Source of the DNA: Octopus bimaculoides | Taxonomy: Eukaryota | DNA length: 33,455 bases | Assembly: GCF_001194135.2 (NCBI RefSeq) | Contig: NC_068986.1 | Coordinates: forward strand, 24,380,932 to 24,414,386 | Direction: 5' to 3' | Shown: one piece after another, positions 24,328 through 33,455 of the stretch | Layout of the letters: the number at the start of each line of letters is the position of its first letter | How positions within the stretch are numbered: the first letter of the stretch is position 1 | Translations under genes and position numbers: made by a program | Notes under the pieces: model-generated | What the model saw: the letters and a program-made list of their open reading frames with translations, nothing else | The model's database searches: none | Told to the model about the DNA's origin: nothing

Positions 24328-25051
24328 NNNNNNNNNNNNNNNNNNNNNNNNNNNNNNNNNNNNNNNNNNNNNNNNNNNNNNNNNNNNNNNNNNNNNNNNN
24401 NNNNNNNNNNNNNNNNNNNNNNNNNNNNNNNNNNNNNNNNNNNNNNNNNNNNNNNNNNNNNNNNNNNNNNNNNNNNNNNNNNNNNNNNNNNNNNNNNNNN
24501 NNNNNNNNNNNNNNNNNNNNNNNNNNNNNNNNNNNNNNNNNNNNNNNNNNNNNNNNNNNNNNNNNNNNNNNNNNNNNNNNNNNNNNNNNNNNNNNNNNNN
24601 NNNNNNNNNNNNNNNNNNNNNNNNNNNNNNNNNNNNNNNNNNNNNNNNNNNNNNNNNNNNNNNNNNNNNNNNNNNNNNNNNNNNNNNNNNNNNNNNNNNN
24701 NNNNNNNNNNNNNNNNNNNNNNNNNNNNNNNNNNNNNNNNNNNNNNNNNNNNNNNNNNNNNNNNNNNNNNNNNNNNNNNNNNNNNNNNNNNNNNNNNNNN
24801 NNNNNNNNNNNNNNNNNNNNNNNNNNNNNNNNNNNNNNNNNNNNNNNNNNNNNNNNNNNNNNNNNNNNNNNNNNNNNNNNNNNNNNNNNNNNNNNNNNNN
24901 NNNNNNNNNNNNNNNNNNNNNNNNNNNNNNNNNNNNNNNNNNNNNNNNNNNNNNNNNNNNNNNNNNNNNNNNNNNNNNNNNNNNNNNNNNNNNNNNNNNN
25001 NNNNNNNNNNNNNNNNNNNNNNNNNNNNNNNNNNNNNNNNNNNNNNNNNNN
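24328..25051. other. Assembly gap (724 N) starting in a TA microsatellite
   Basis: Run of N; contents unknown. Confidence 0.99.
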
Positions 25052-25568
25052 TGTTCCTGTTGTGTATGTATACATGTATGTGGATTATGTAAAATCTGTT
25101 AGAATGGTGTGAGAACGATACTTATTGTAAGGTATCGTCATAGGCCTGTGGTTATTAATGATTGAGCATACAACGTCTTGCTACCGTTGTTTGACATCTG
25201 ATCATTGCTGAATAGATAATATTATAATTAAAGAGTTAACATTGTAAGACTAGCTTGTTATACTGCATCAGCGACTGCTTAAGCAATGTGGAGAATGTTT
25301 TAAGGTTGCTGGATGCAATACAAGTGAAGAATTGGCTGCTATTTGTAATAGCTTGAGTGACTAGCTCGAAGTGCTTCAGTTGGTTTGTCATTGCACAATG
25401 GAGTAACTGGAATTATGAGGATTAGACTTTGCTCTGAGAAGCATTTTACTCTTCGCATATCGAAGAGTTGCTTAATTAATTCAATATCTGTTTTGTCTAC
25501 AGCTGTTGTTGTTGATTGAGCAGATCTCTGATCAAAATACATTCACACCCTCTCCATCTCGTTCTACA

Positions 25569-25787
25569 CCCTTTTACTCTCTTTTAATCTTTTACATGTT
25601 TCAGTCATTTGATTGCGGCCATACTGGAGGACCACCTTTAGTAGAGCAAATCGACCCCAGGACTTATTCTTTGTAAGCCTAGTACTTATTATATCGGTCT
25701 CTTTTGCCGAACCGCTATGTTATGGGGACGTAAACACACCAGCATCAATTATCAAGCGATGTTGGGGGGACAAACACAGGCACACAA

Positions 25788-25820
<33 letters not shown>

Positions 25821-26171
25821 CACGCACACACACACACACGCGCACACACACACACACACACACACATATATANNNNNNNNNNNNNNNNNNNNNNNNNNNN
25901 NNNNNNNNNNNNNNNNNNNNNNNNNNNNNNNNNNNNNNNNNNNNNNNNNNNNNNNNNNNNNNNNNNNNNNNNNNNNNNNTATATATATATATATATATTA
26001 TATATACGACAGGGTTCTTTCAGTTTCCGTCTATCAAATCCACTCACAAGGCTTTGGTCGGCCCGAGGCTATAGTAGAAGATACTTGCCCAAGGTGCCAC
26101 GCAGTGGGACTAAGACCGGAACCATGTGGTTGGGAGGCAAGCTACTTACCACACAGCCACTTCTGCGCCTA
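25569..26171 (-). mobile_element. SINE family B, best-preserved full-length copy with internal microsatellite and gap
   Basis: Element sense: tRNA-like head ggcgcagaagtggctgtgtggtaag...ggttccggtc, CORE-like cttgggcaagtatcttctactatag, (TA)n/gap/(TG)n at 25787-26003, tail ending ...ccagtatggccgcaatcaaatgactgaaacatgtaaaagattaaaagagagtaaaag. Confidence 0.9.
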
Positions 26172-26752
26172 TATTAATTTTTATTTATCAAAATCTATTA
26201 CATTTTTCAAAAGTCTGCATCCACACCATTTTAGAGAGTATCTATTCAAAGCGAGTTCTTTTTTCAGATTAGCTTACAATACGATTCTTACAGGCTATTT
26301 CTAGGAGATCAAGTGGCAGTAAACAGGCTCCCTTCTGGGCTTCTTGCTCTCCGTTAAATGTACACTGATTTAAAATGCGCATCTTTCTGTCCTTTATAGT
26401 TTATAAGTTTTGCTTTTCATTCTCATATGGAACTGACATAAACCACAATAGATCGTAACAATTCTTCTCGTATGTAGTGTTTTGACGATTTAAATAAATG
26501 CTTTGCTTATGAATATTCTACTTTTCTTTCCTTTTTTTTTCGTTATTCTATCTTTCTTTCATATGTGTTCTACATGAACTAGGAGTACTGTGAAAGTGTT
26601 GTACATAATTCCTATAATTTGGAACTTATATGTGTATCGGATTTTGATAACTACACGTGTCTTTGTTGTAGCTGAAGGTTTTTCAATACTGCTGTCAGTA
26701 ACGGAGACTAAGAATATAGTAAATTTTATTATACAGTTTGGTGTTGTAATTT

Positions 26753-26753
<1 letters not shown>

Positions 26754-26803
<50 letters not shown>
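26754..26803. repeat. (TA)n microsatellite
   Basis: Direct reading. Confidence 0.95.
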
Positions 26804-26807
<4 letters not shown>

Positions 26808-27040
26808 GCATTTGGTGAATGATGAGAGGGCGTGATTGCTATATAATCAATTTCTGAGACTCTACATATATATGTACTGTGATGGAGACATATCGTGTAG
26901 GGATATATTTAAAAACGGGTGAGAGAAATCATCGCTATCGCTCACAATTCGAGATTTTGCATGTTCTTGTTGTTTTATAGCTTGTTACTATGTGTCATGC
27001 AAACTGAAAACTATTCTACGGCAACTATCACTTTCTGTGT

Positions 27041-27240
27041 GAGCTGGTAAAATGCTTCGGAATATTTACTCTGAATTTTTACCTTCCGAGTTTAAACACT
27101 GTTGAGGGTTGGTGTTATTTTTTTTTTTTCATTTTACCGAGGAAGATAAAACAGAGTACCAATCAAGTACTGGAGTGAGTGGTATTGATTAATCCTCTCC
27201 CTTCATAATTACTAACCTTGTGCCTTAAACAGAGATCATT
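27041..27240 (+). mobile_element. SINE family A, old diverged copy
   Basis: gagctggtaaaatgctt...ttccgagtttaaa...gataaaacagagtaccaatcaagtactggagt...ccttgtgcc is collinear with 27557-27760. Confidence 0.65.
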
Positions 27241-27556
27241 CTTTTAAGAAGGTTTTAGTGCATTTTTCATGTATATTCAATGACAAATGGAGAGGATATT
27301 TTCGTTAGGCAATTGTACGTAGAGTAGCACGTGTAGCAGCTTGTTCGTTGGGTTTATGTATTTTTGTTTGTTTGTTTAGAGTAATGACTGAACGTAGAAG
27401 TGTGAATCAAAATTGCTAACTGAAAAAAAAAAAAAGCAGGCGTGCAGAAGGGTCGAGAGAGCTACACATGCAAACACGGAATCATTTGAATGAAACACAT
27501 GCTAGAGTTATACGCATTATGTCTAATTAATAATGACATTGGCAATATGAAAAAAA

Positions 27557-27760
27557 GGCGGCGAGCTGGCATAAACGCAGGGCGAAATGCTTAGCTGCAT
27601 TTCGTCCGTCTTTACGTTTTGAGTTCAAGTTCTACCGAGGTCGACTTTGCTCTTCATCCTTTCGGGGTCGATAAATTAAGTACCATTTGCGTACTGGAGT
27701 CGATCTAATCGACTGGTCCCCTCCCCCAAATTTCGGCCCTTGTGCCCAGAGTAGAGGATA
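27557..27760 (+). mobile_element. SINE family A, near full length
   Basis: ggcggcgagctggc head (A-box-like), gagttcaagttc (B-box-like), central cttcatcctttcggggtcgataaattaagtacc block recalled as Nin/Deu-domain-like, tail ggcccttgtgccc. Confidence 0.9.
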
Positions 27761-28139
27761 TGTAAAAAGAAAGTCACTGGATACACATACAAACATACAT
27801 AACAATAGCAATTATTTCAATTATAGTTTGGATATGATATTTCGTCGAACAAATAAATAGAAATATTAGTCATTTATGCCGAGAAAGATTTCCTGTTGTC
27901 TATTTGTTTATGGGTTTTGCTGAAATTTGTACTTCATTGTAGTTCAATATATGCAACGTTATTAGGGACTTAGTACACATTTCTTCTTCACCTCCGTTTA
28001 TAAGTTTGTCGTTTATTTTCGTACGCTCTATAAATTTTGTATTCACATTCACGGGTTTTTCAAGATAATTCAATGCCCCCTGCACATACACACAGAGACA
28101 ATATATATCCATGTGTGTGTGTACGCAGACGTGTATGTG

Positions 28140-28186
28140 AATGTGTGCATGAGTATATTATGTATGTATGCATGTATGTACGCACG

Positions 28187-28220
<34 letters not shown>

Positions 28221-28230
28221 TGTATGTATG
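28140..28230. repeat. (TGTA)n microsatellite
   Basis: Direct reading. Confidence 0.95.
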
Positions 28231-28527
28231 CGAACCCATGGAAAACAAACCTCATCCAGCTATTCTGATTATATGTCTGTGCACACGTTTGAATGTGGTG
28301 TGTGCCAGAGGGTTTGCAAATCCAATGGGGGTCTTAAAAGACATGTTAGGATCCACAATGAGCAGCACTTACTTGCAGGTATTGGTAGTGCAAATCAGAG
28401 GTGCAATCTGTGTGGGTGTTTTTTCAAAACACTGTCTGGTTTAAAAAGCCACATCAGACGCCATGAAAGGGCTAAGGTGTAGGTGCAGGAGGTGGTCAAA
28501 CTCTGTTTAAGGAGTAGACAACCACCA
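28231..28527 (+). mobile_element. Intact-frame fragment with two C2H2 zinc fingers; probable 3' end of an RTE-like LINE
   Basis: CGVCQRVCKSNGGLKRHVRIH (28294-28356) and CNLCGCFFKTLSGLKSHIRRH (28402-28464), both C-x2-C-x12-H-x3-H. 15-aa spacer without TGEKP, stop at 28480-28482, 45-nt 3' segment, then (ATGT)n. The fingers are certain; the LINE origin is inference. Confidence 0.65.
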
Positions 28528-28565
28528 TGCATGTATGTATGTATTGCATGCATGTATGTATGCAC

Positions 28566-28880
28566 GTTATCTCTATTTTTAGTTATTAGATATTTTCCTA
28601 TACGGAATGAGCTGGTTTCTAACAAACATGCAAATTCTATCGTTGGAATGACGATAACAAAAGCAATCTCACATCTTGAAGTTGAGTAAAGTCTTGCATA
28701 TACTTTTTTTATTTTTCCTCTTAGAGATTTTATTAGTAATATGTGAGTTAACAGGTCGATATCTTTTTCTGAAAACCCTAGCTTACCCAGATTGCCACTT
28801 TGGCATTTACTATCAAATAATAAAAGCCAGTGCACCAATTCTTATAACTATAAATGTAAGTATACATGGATGTATGAATG
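28566..28880 (-). mobile_element. R4/Dong-like LINE, 5'-truncated 3' fragment (copy 3)
   Basis: TFIVIRIGALAF..KCQSGNLGKLGFSEKDIDLLTHILLIKSLRG..ICKTLLNFKM*; protein end and 3' UTR align with copies at 3880-4150 and 22400-22686. Confidence 0.8.
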
Positions 28881-29087
28881 CATTGTAACATACAATTGTA
28901 TGGGGTTAAAGTCAATGTTAAATTTAGTCAATTCAATTATAGATATATTTATAATGTTGGAGAAAGTGCCAGTATAATAAATATTTCTATAATTGAATTA
29001 CACTTTACTGATTTTACATTGAAGTTACGTAGCGTAGTGGTTAACGTGTTTGGTTTATGGACGTAATACTGTGTTCAATCAAGTGTA

Positions 29088-29278
29088 TGAGCTGGCAGAG
29101 ATATTAGTAAGCCGGGAAAAGTGCTTAGCAGCATTTCGTCCGTCTTCACGGTTCAATGCCACCGAGGTCGACTCTGCTTTTCATCCTTTCAGGATGGGGA
29201 AGATATTTACCGGTTGATGTATTCGACTTACTGCCCTCCACCGATACTGCTGCCTTTGTGCCAAAATTTGAAATCAAT
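29088..29278 (+). mobile_element. SINE family A with internal deletions
   Basis: gagctggcagag...tgcttagcagcatttcgtccgtcttcacg...ccgaggtcgactctgcttttcatcctttc...tgcctttgtgccaaaatttgaaatc. Confidence 0.85.
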
Positions 29279-30400
29279 AGTGTGTTTAATCCCAGAATGT
29301 ACGTCTTGCTATGATCCTGAACAAACAACATTTGCATAAGTAAATTCAGCTGTAATAAACAATAGCTGGATTCTGGGACCGCCATCTCTTTTCGTGTCTC
29401 CAGTTATCCCATCTTGGACACTTTCAATTAAACAAAAATATCCTTGAGTGCCTCCGTGTGTGTCTACATCTAACCGAGGCTACACAGACATCTGAAATAA
29501 TTAAAGAAAGTTAGGTACATGTTACAAAACCATATTTGATCCCGAGATACAACTGGCTATGCTTCTCTCTTTCTTCATATATGCATTGTTCAATTCTTCG
29601 TAAACTTGTATTCGAATAAGGACTGACTTATAAAAACAGAATTTTACATAATAGTATGATTCTTGAAAAAAACTTGTCACAATTTGTAATTTGTAATATA
29701 TGCTGATGTTGGGGTTAAACCCCCATGTCAGCACGTATTGAGTAAAAACATCAGCATTCATTGAGAAAACATATCACCAGCTTTAATCTACTCAAGCGTA
29801 TTACATGGATTACTGAATTAATCAGTTGTTGTGTCGATTGTTTTTAACGTTACCATGTGGAGTAGATTGACGTGATATGTCTCGCGAGCTGAACCGTTGC
29901 ATGGAATCGTTTCGCACCAAAATTGTTAAAAGACATGTTCTTTGCATGTTTTACTGCCATAATTTCTTCTCTTTATATCATCTGTTGGTTAGCTTTTGTA
30001 AAGAATCGTAGTTCTGTGTTGTAAATGCGATGAGCAGGTGTACGCACAATTAATGTTTATATGGAACAAAGGATGTTTTTATTGCTCGCAGCTTTTACTA
30101 AATGTGTTTCTGTAATTTATTTCAACATGTAGTGAACGTGTTTTCTCGACTAGATAACTGCGTTAGCCCAAACACATTCAAAGCCAGATTCTTTATAAAG
30201 AGGAAATTACATGATTCATTTAGGAAGATAAATGAAATCGCCTAGTGTTGCGTCTATTTGGTCTTCTCTAAACCCAATACTTATGAAGGAAGAGGATACC
30301 TTCATTTACAGATGTATTTAATGGTATGTTTCACAGAATACAATTAAGTATTTCTCAATGATTGTTTCATTTTTCTCTATGATTGTTTAGTTGAATGTGT

Positions 30401-30735
30401 GAAGGTGCATAGCTCAGTGTTAGAGTGTCGGGCTCACAGTCATTAGGTTTTGAGTTCGATTTCCCGGACCAGGTTGTGTTGTGTTCTTGAGCAAGGCATT
30501 TATTTCACGTTGCTCCAGTTCACTCAACTGTAGAAATGAGTTGCGACGTCATTGGTGCCAAGCTGGATCAGCCTTTGCCTTTGCCTTGGATAACATCAGT
30601 GGCGTGAAAGAAGAGAGGATGGTATGCATGTACGACTGCTGGTTTTTCATGAACAATTTTGCCCGTACTTGTGCCTAGGAGGGGAACTTGCTTGGTGTAG
30701 TTCCATGGTCATTCATGTCTGAAGAGGGCCCTTAT
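30401..30735 (+). mobile_element. SINE family C (tRNA-derived head plus CORE-like domain)
   Basis: A-box-like tagctcagtgttag, B-box-like gagttcgatttc, CORE-like gtgttcttgagcaaggcatttatttcacgttgctccagttcactcaactgtagaaatgag. Single copy here, so the 3' end is uncertain. Confidence 0.75.
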
Positions 30736-30782
30736 TCTGTACCTTCAGTTGAATGTAGCTAACTGCATCAGCATATGTATAG

Positions 30783-30958
30783 ACGCAGTCATGTCTAAGT
30801 GGTTACGAATCTTGTATTTCAATGACGTCGCTTCACATGTAGTTCCGCTGAATCTCAGCAAATATCGCACCTTCAGTACGTGTCTTCTATATAGACCTGA
30901 ACCGATCAATACCTAGTGAGTGACTATGTTAGACGTAGGTCATGTGGAAGACCGACGT
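30783..30958 (+). mobile_element. SINE family B head/CORE half, old copy, running into microsatellite
   Basis: agacgcagtcatgtctaagtggttacg...gtgtcttctatatagacc...gtgagtgact..gttagacg...gaagaccgacgtat aligns with the reverse complement of 26003-26171. Confidence 0.65.
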
Positions 30959-31120
30959 ATGTATGTATATATATATATATATNNNNNNNNNNNNNNNNNN
31001 NNNNNNNNNNNNNNNNNNNNNNNNNNNNNNNNNNNNNNNNNNNNNNNNNNNNNNNNNNNNNNNNNNNNNNNNNNNNNNNNNNNNNNNNNNNATATATACG
31101 TACATACATACATGCATGCA

Positions 31121-31332
31121 CAGGATTGGCCAAAAGTCACCTGACAGTAAAACAAAACCATTTAATTCCAACTGAATGAATTTAATAAAAGCATCTAAAT
31201 ATTAAACATCATGAAAATTGTTCAAACTGAAGTCCTTCTCGAGTGACACATTTTTCCATTCAAGTCAATGCAGAATTACAGACAGTATTTATGGAATTTA
31301 CATTTACTATCAGGTGACTTTTGGCCAACCTG
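31121..31332. mobile_element. 212-bp MITE with about 30-bp terminal inverted repeats, Tc1/mariner-type
   Basis: Left cagg(a)ttggccaaaagtcacctgacagtaaa versus right (reverse complement) caggttggccaaaagtcacctgatagtaaa. TA follows the right end (31333-31334); CA precedes the left end. No ORF. Confidence 0.88.
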
Positions 31333-31370
31333 TATATATGTATATATGTATGTGTTTGCGTGTGTGTTTG

Positions 31371-31503
<133 letters not shown>

Positions 31504-31504
31504 A

Positions 31505-32230
31505 TTCCTTTATTATTGGTTTGGGCCAGAGGCTGAGGCCATGCTGGAGCACCGCCTTTCGGTGTCTTGGTGTCTCCTTTCCATACTGTTTTTGGTGAAG
31601 AAGCGAGTTAGACGACAGTTCTCGTCTTTGTGCCTCCTGCCGCGTTGTATGCGGATTTCAGACAGAAATTTGTCCAGGTGGTTTTTTAACGTTTCCACAT
31701 TTACAGTTTACAGATCCTTGGTAGGGTGTTATAAAGTTATGGTCCCCTGAAACCTAAGCTGTTGCAATAATGGGTCCTTATCTGAGATGAAAAAGACAGT
31801 ATCGTTGGTAGTATACAGTGCAATCCATTTCGGTAGCGGTATGGGTTTTAATTCAAAAGTTGAGAGATAGACCTTCCAGGATCTTCCATATGCATATCTC
31901 TGCATACCTTTCTCTCCTTCCCTCCACGGAGTAGAACTTCAGTTCTTCTAGCCTGTCCCAGCAGCTCATCTGTTTCACTGAGTCAATCCTCTTTGCATAG
32001 TGGCTCTATATTGCCTCAAGTTCCGCCACCAATTTGACGCTATGCGGCGACCACATTAGGAAGCAGTAATTCGGAAGACTGAGGACAAATGACTTCCATA
32101 GGAGTAGCAACGTATCCTTATTTCTGGTTCTGAACCATCTAAGTTTCCATTCTGCTACTCACCTTCACAGTGTTGCCATCCTGGCAATATGCACATCGAA
32201 TGTTGCATCATTACTCATGTGGATACATTT
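31505..32230 (-). mobile_element. CR1-like LINE, 5'-truncated 3' end (ORF2 C-terminus plus 3' UTR)
   Basis: MSNDATFDVHI...FRTRNKDTLLLLWKSFVLS.PNYC..WSPHSVKLVAELEAI..YAKRIDS....CWDRLEELKFYSVEGRRERYAEICIWKILEG...SLGFRGP.LYNTLP...VETLKNHLDKFLSEI. This is the CR1-clade post-RT region. Confidence 0.9.
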
Positions 32231-33324
32231 AAACATTTTATAAATTTATTAAAATACCATACGGGTTTCAATGATTTTTTTTCTCTTTTTCAATGGTAAT
32301 TTTAAAGATAAAAGATTAAAAGAACGTTAGAGCAGAGAGAGCGCCAGAGCGAACAAATGTTCATCGAAATTCATGTTGACGACTCCATTCTGAATTCAAT
32401 AAAACAAATTAAGGAATTCTGAGGAGAGAGGTGCGTATTCAATATAAGGTTGAATTCAATATAAAGTGGCCTTATAATTATACAACATAATCTTAGGCAA
32501 AAGTAATTTGCGAGCAACAAACACAGACCCAACCTTCTGAACAGATGACACGGCAGATATCAAGAGAAATATTTGACATCGCTTGAAGTAATCAAAGACC
32601 AGAGACGTTACATTAATGATGTTGATATTAAAGTTTAGAAATGATCACTGAAAACTAACAGCGACAATACTGAAGGAAGCAAAAAATGCTGTATACGATT
32701 ATTTTTGTTTATGTTTTCTTTTTCATCGTTGATATCATATAACTGATATACTGAATTCGCTAATGAGGTAGCTTCAGGACTTTCATGAAGGGACAAATAA
32801 GAATATAATGGAAATTTTCCATTGAGAACAATTATAATATTTTCAAACTTATGCATTATCAAATGAACACAAGTAATATGCCTTGAAGACTTTTAATGCC
32901 ATGGAAAGTCTTAACACAATCTCATAAGGATACGCAAACATACAGGGTTTCCATGACAACTCGAGTATTATCAATAAGCCTCTAATATATACTAAATCTC
33001 TGAGCAGAAGCTTTGTAAGGATTCTCAAGATGCTCTCTCACGAAATGAACTGATAGCATCAGTGCAGACTATTGTCTTAACTATGTTATACATTCCGTCT
33101 TAATGCTAAGTATCATAATATTTAAGATCTATTTCAATGTTAAGAAATCTTTGAATACATTTTGTTTTTTTTCTGTTTTGTTTACGGTACAATTCTTTGT
33201 AACATTTACAGTCAGTAAGAAAGAAAGAACCTAACGTGTGAGACTAGATTCATGATTTTTCTACACTGAGATCTGTTATATCTGTTTGTTTCTCTTTTTC
33301 TTAAGTCATCATTTTTTTGTTTCT

Positions 33325-33455
<131 letters not shown>

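Noticed and set aside
27900-28085. Single Tc1/mariner-like TIR candidate (reverse complement cagggggcattgaattatc, ending about 28082)
   Set aside because: No matching second TIR found by eye, so an element cannot be delimited.
30401-30475. tRNA-like sequence with A and B boxes (also other SINE heads)
   Set aside because: No complete cloverleaf, and it runs into SINE body sequence; not a tRNA gene.

Overview
Eukaryotic, AT-rich, microsatellite-dense DNA from a gappy assembly, probably an octopus (cephalopod) genome. That taxon call is inferred from recalled SINE sequences, not from a search. I find no supportable host protein-coding exon, rRNA, true tRNA or CRISPR array. Most track ORFs are microsatellite or N-gap artefacts. 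The window is a layered transposon graveyard. It holds three 3' fragments of one R4/Dong-like restriction-like-endonuclease (RLE) LINE family, a decayed Penelope-like element (RT + GIY-YIG) with a probable hammerhead relic, a Gypsy RNaseH-integrase relic, an RTE LINE lacking its RT core, a CR1-like 3' end, an intact-frame twin C2H2 fragment, a Tc1/mariner-type MITE and about a dozen SINE pieces of three families. The most interesting pattern: one mosaic SINE family carries an internal microsatellite and shares its 3' end with the CR1-like LINE, and those microsatellites appear to be landing sites for other elements. All homology calls come from manual translation and motif recognition. Boundaries are approximate (about +/-20 bp).
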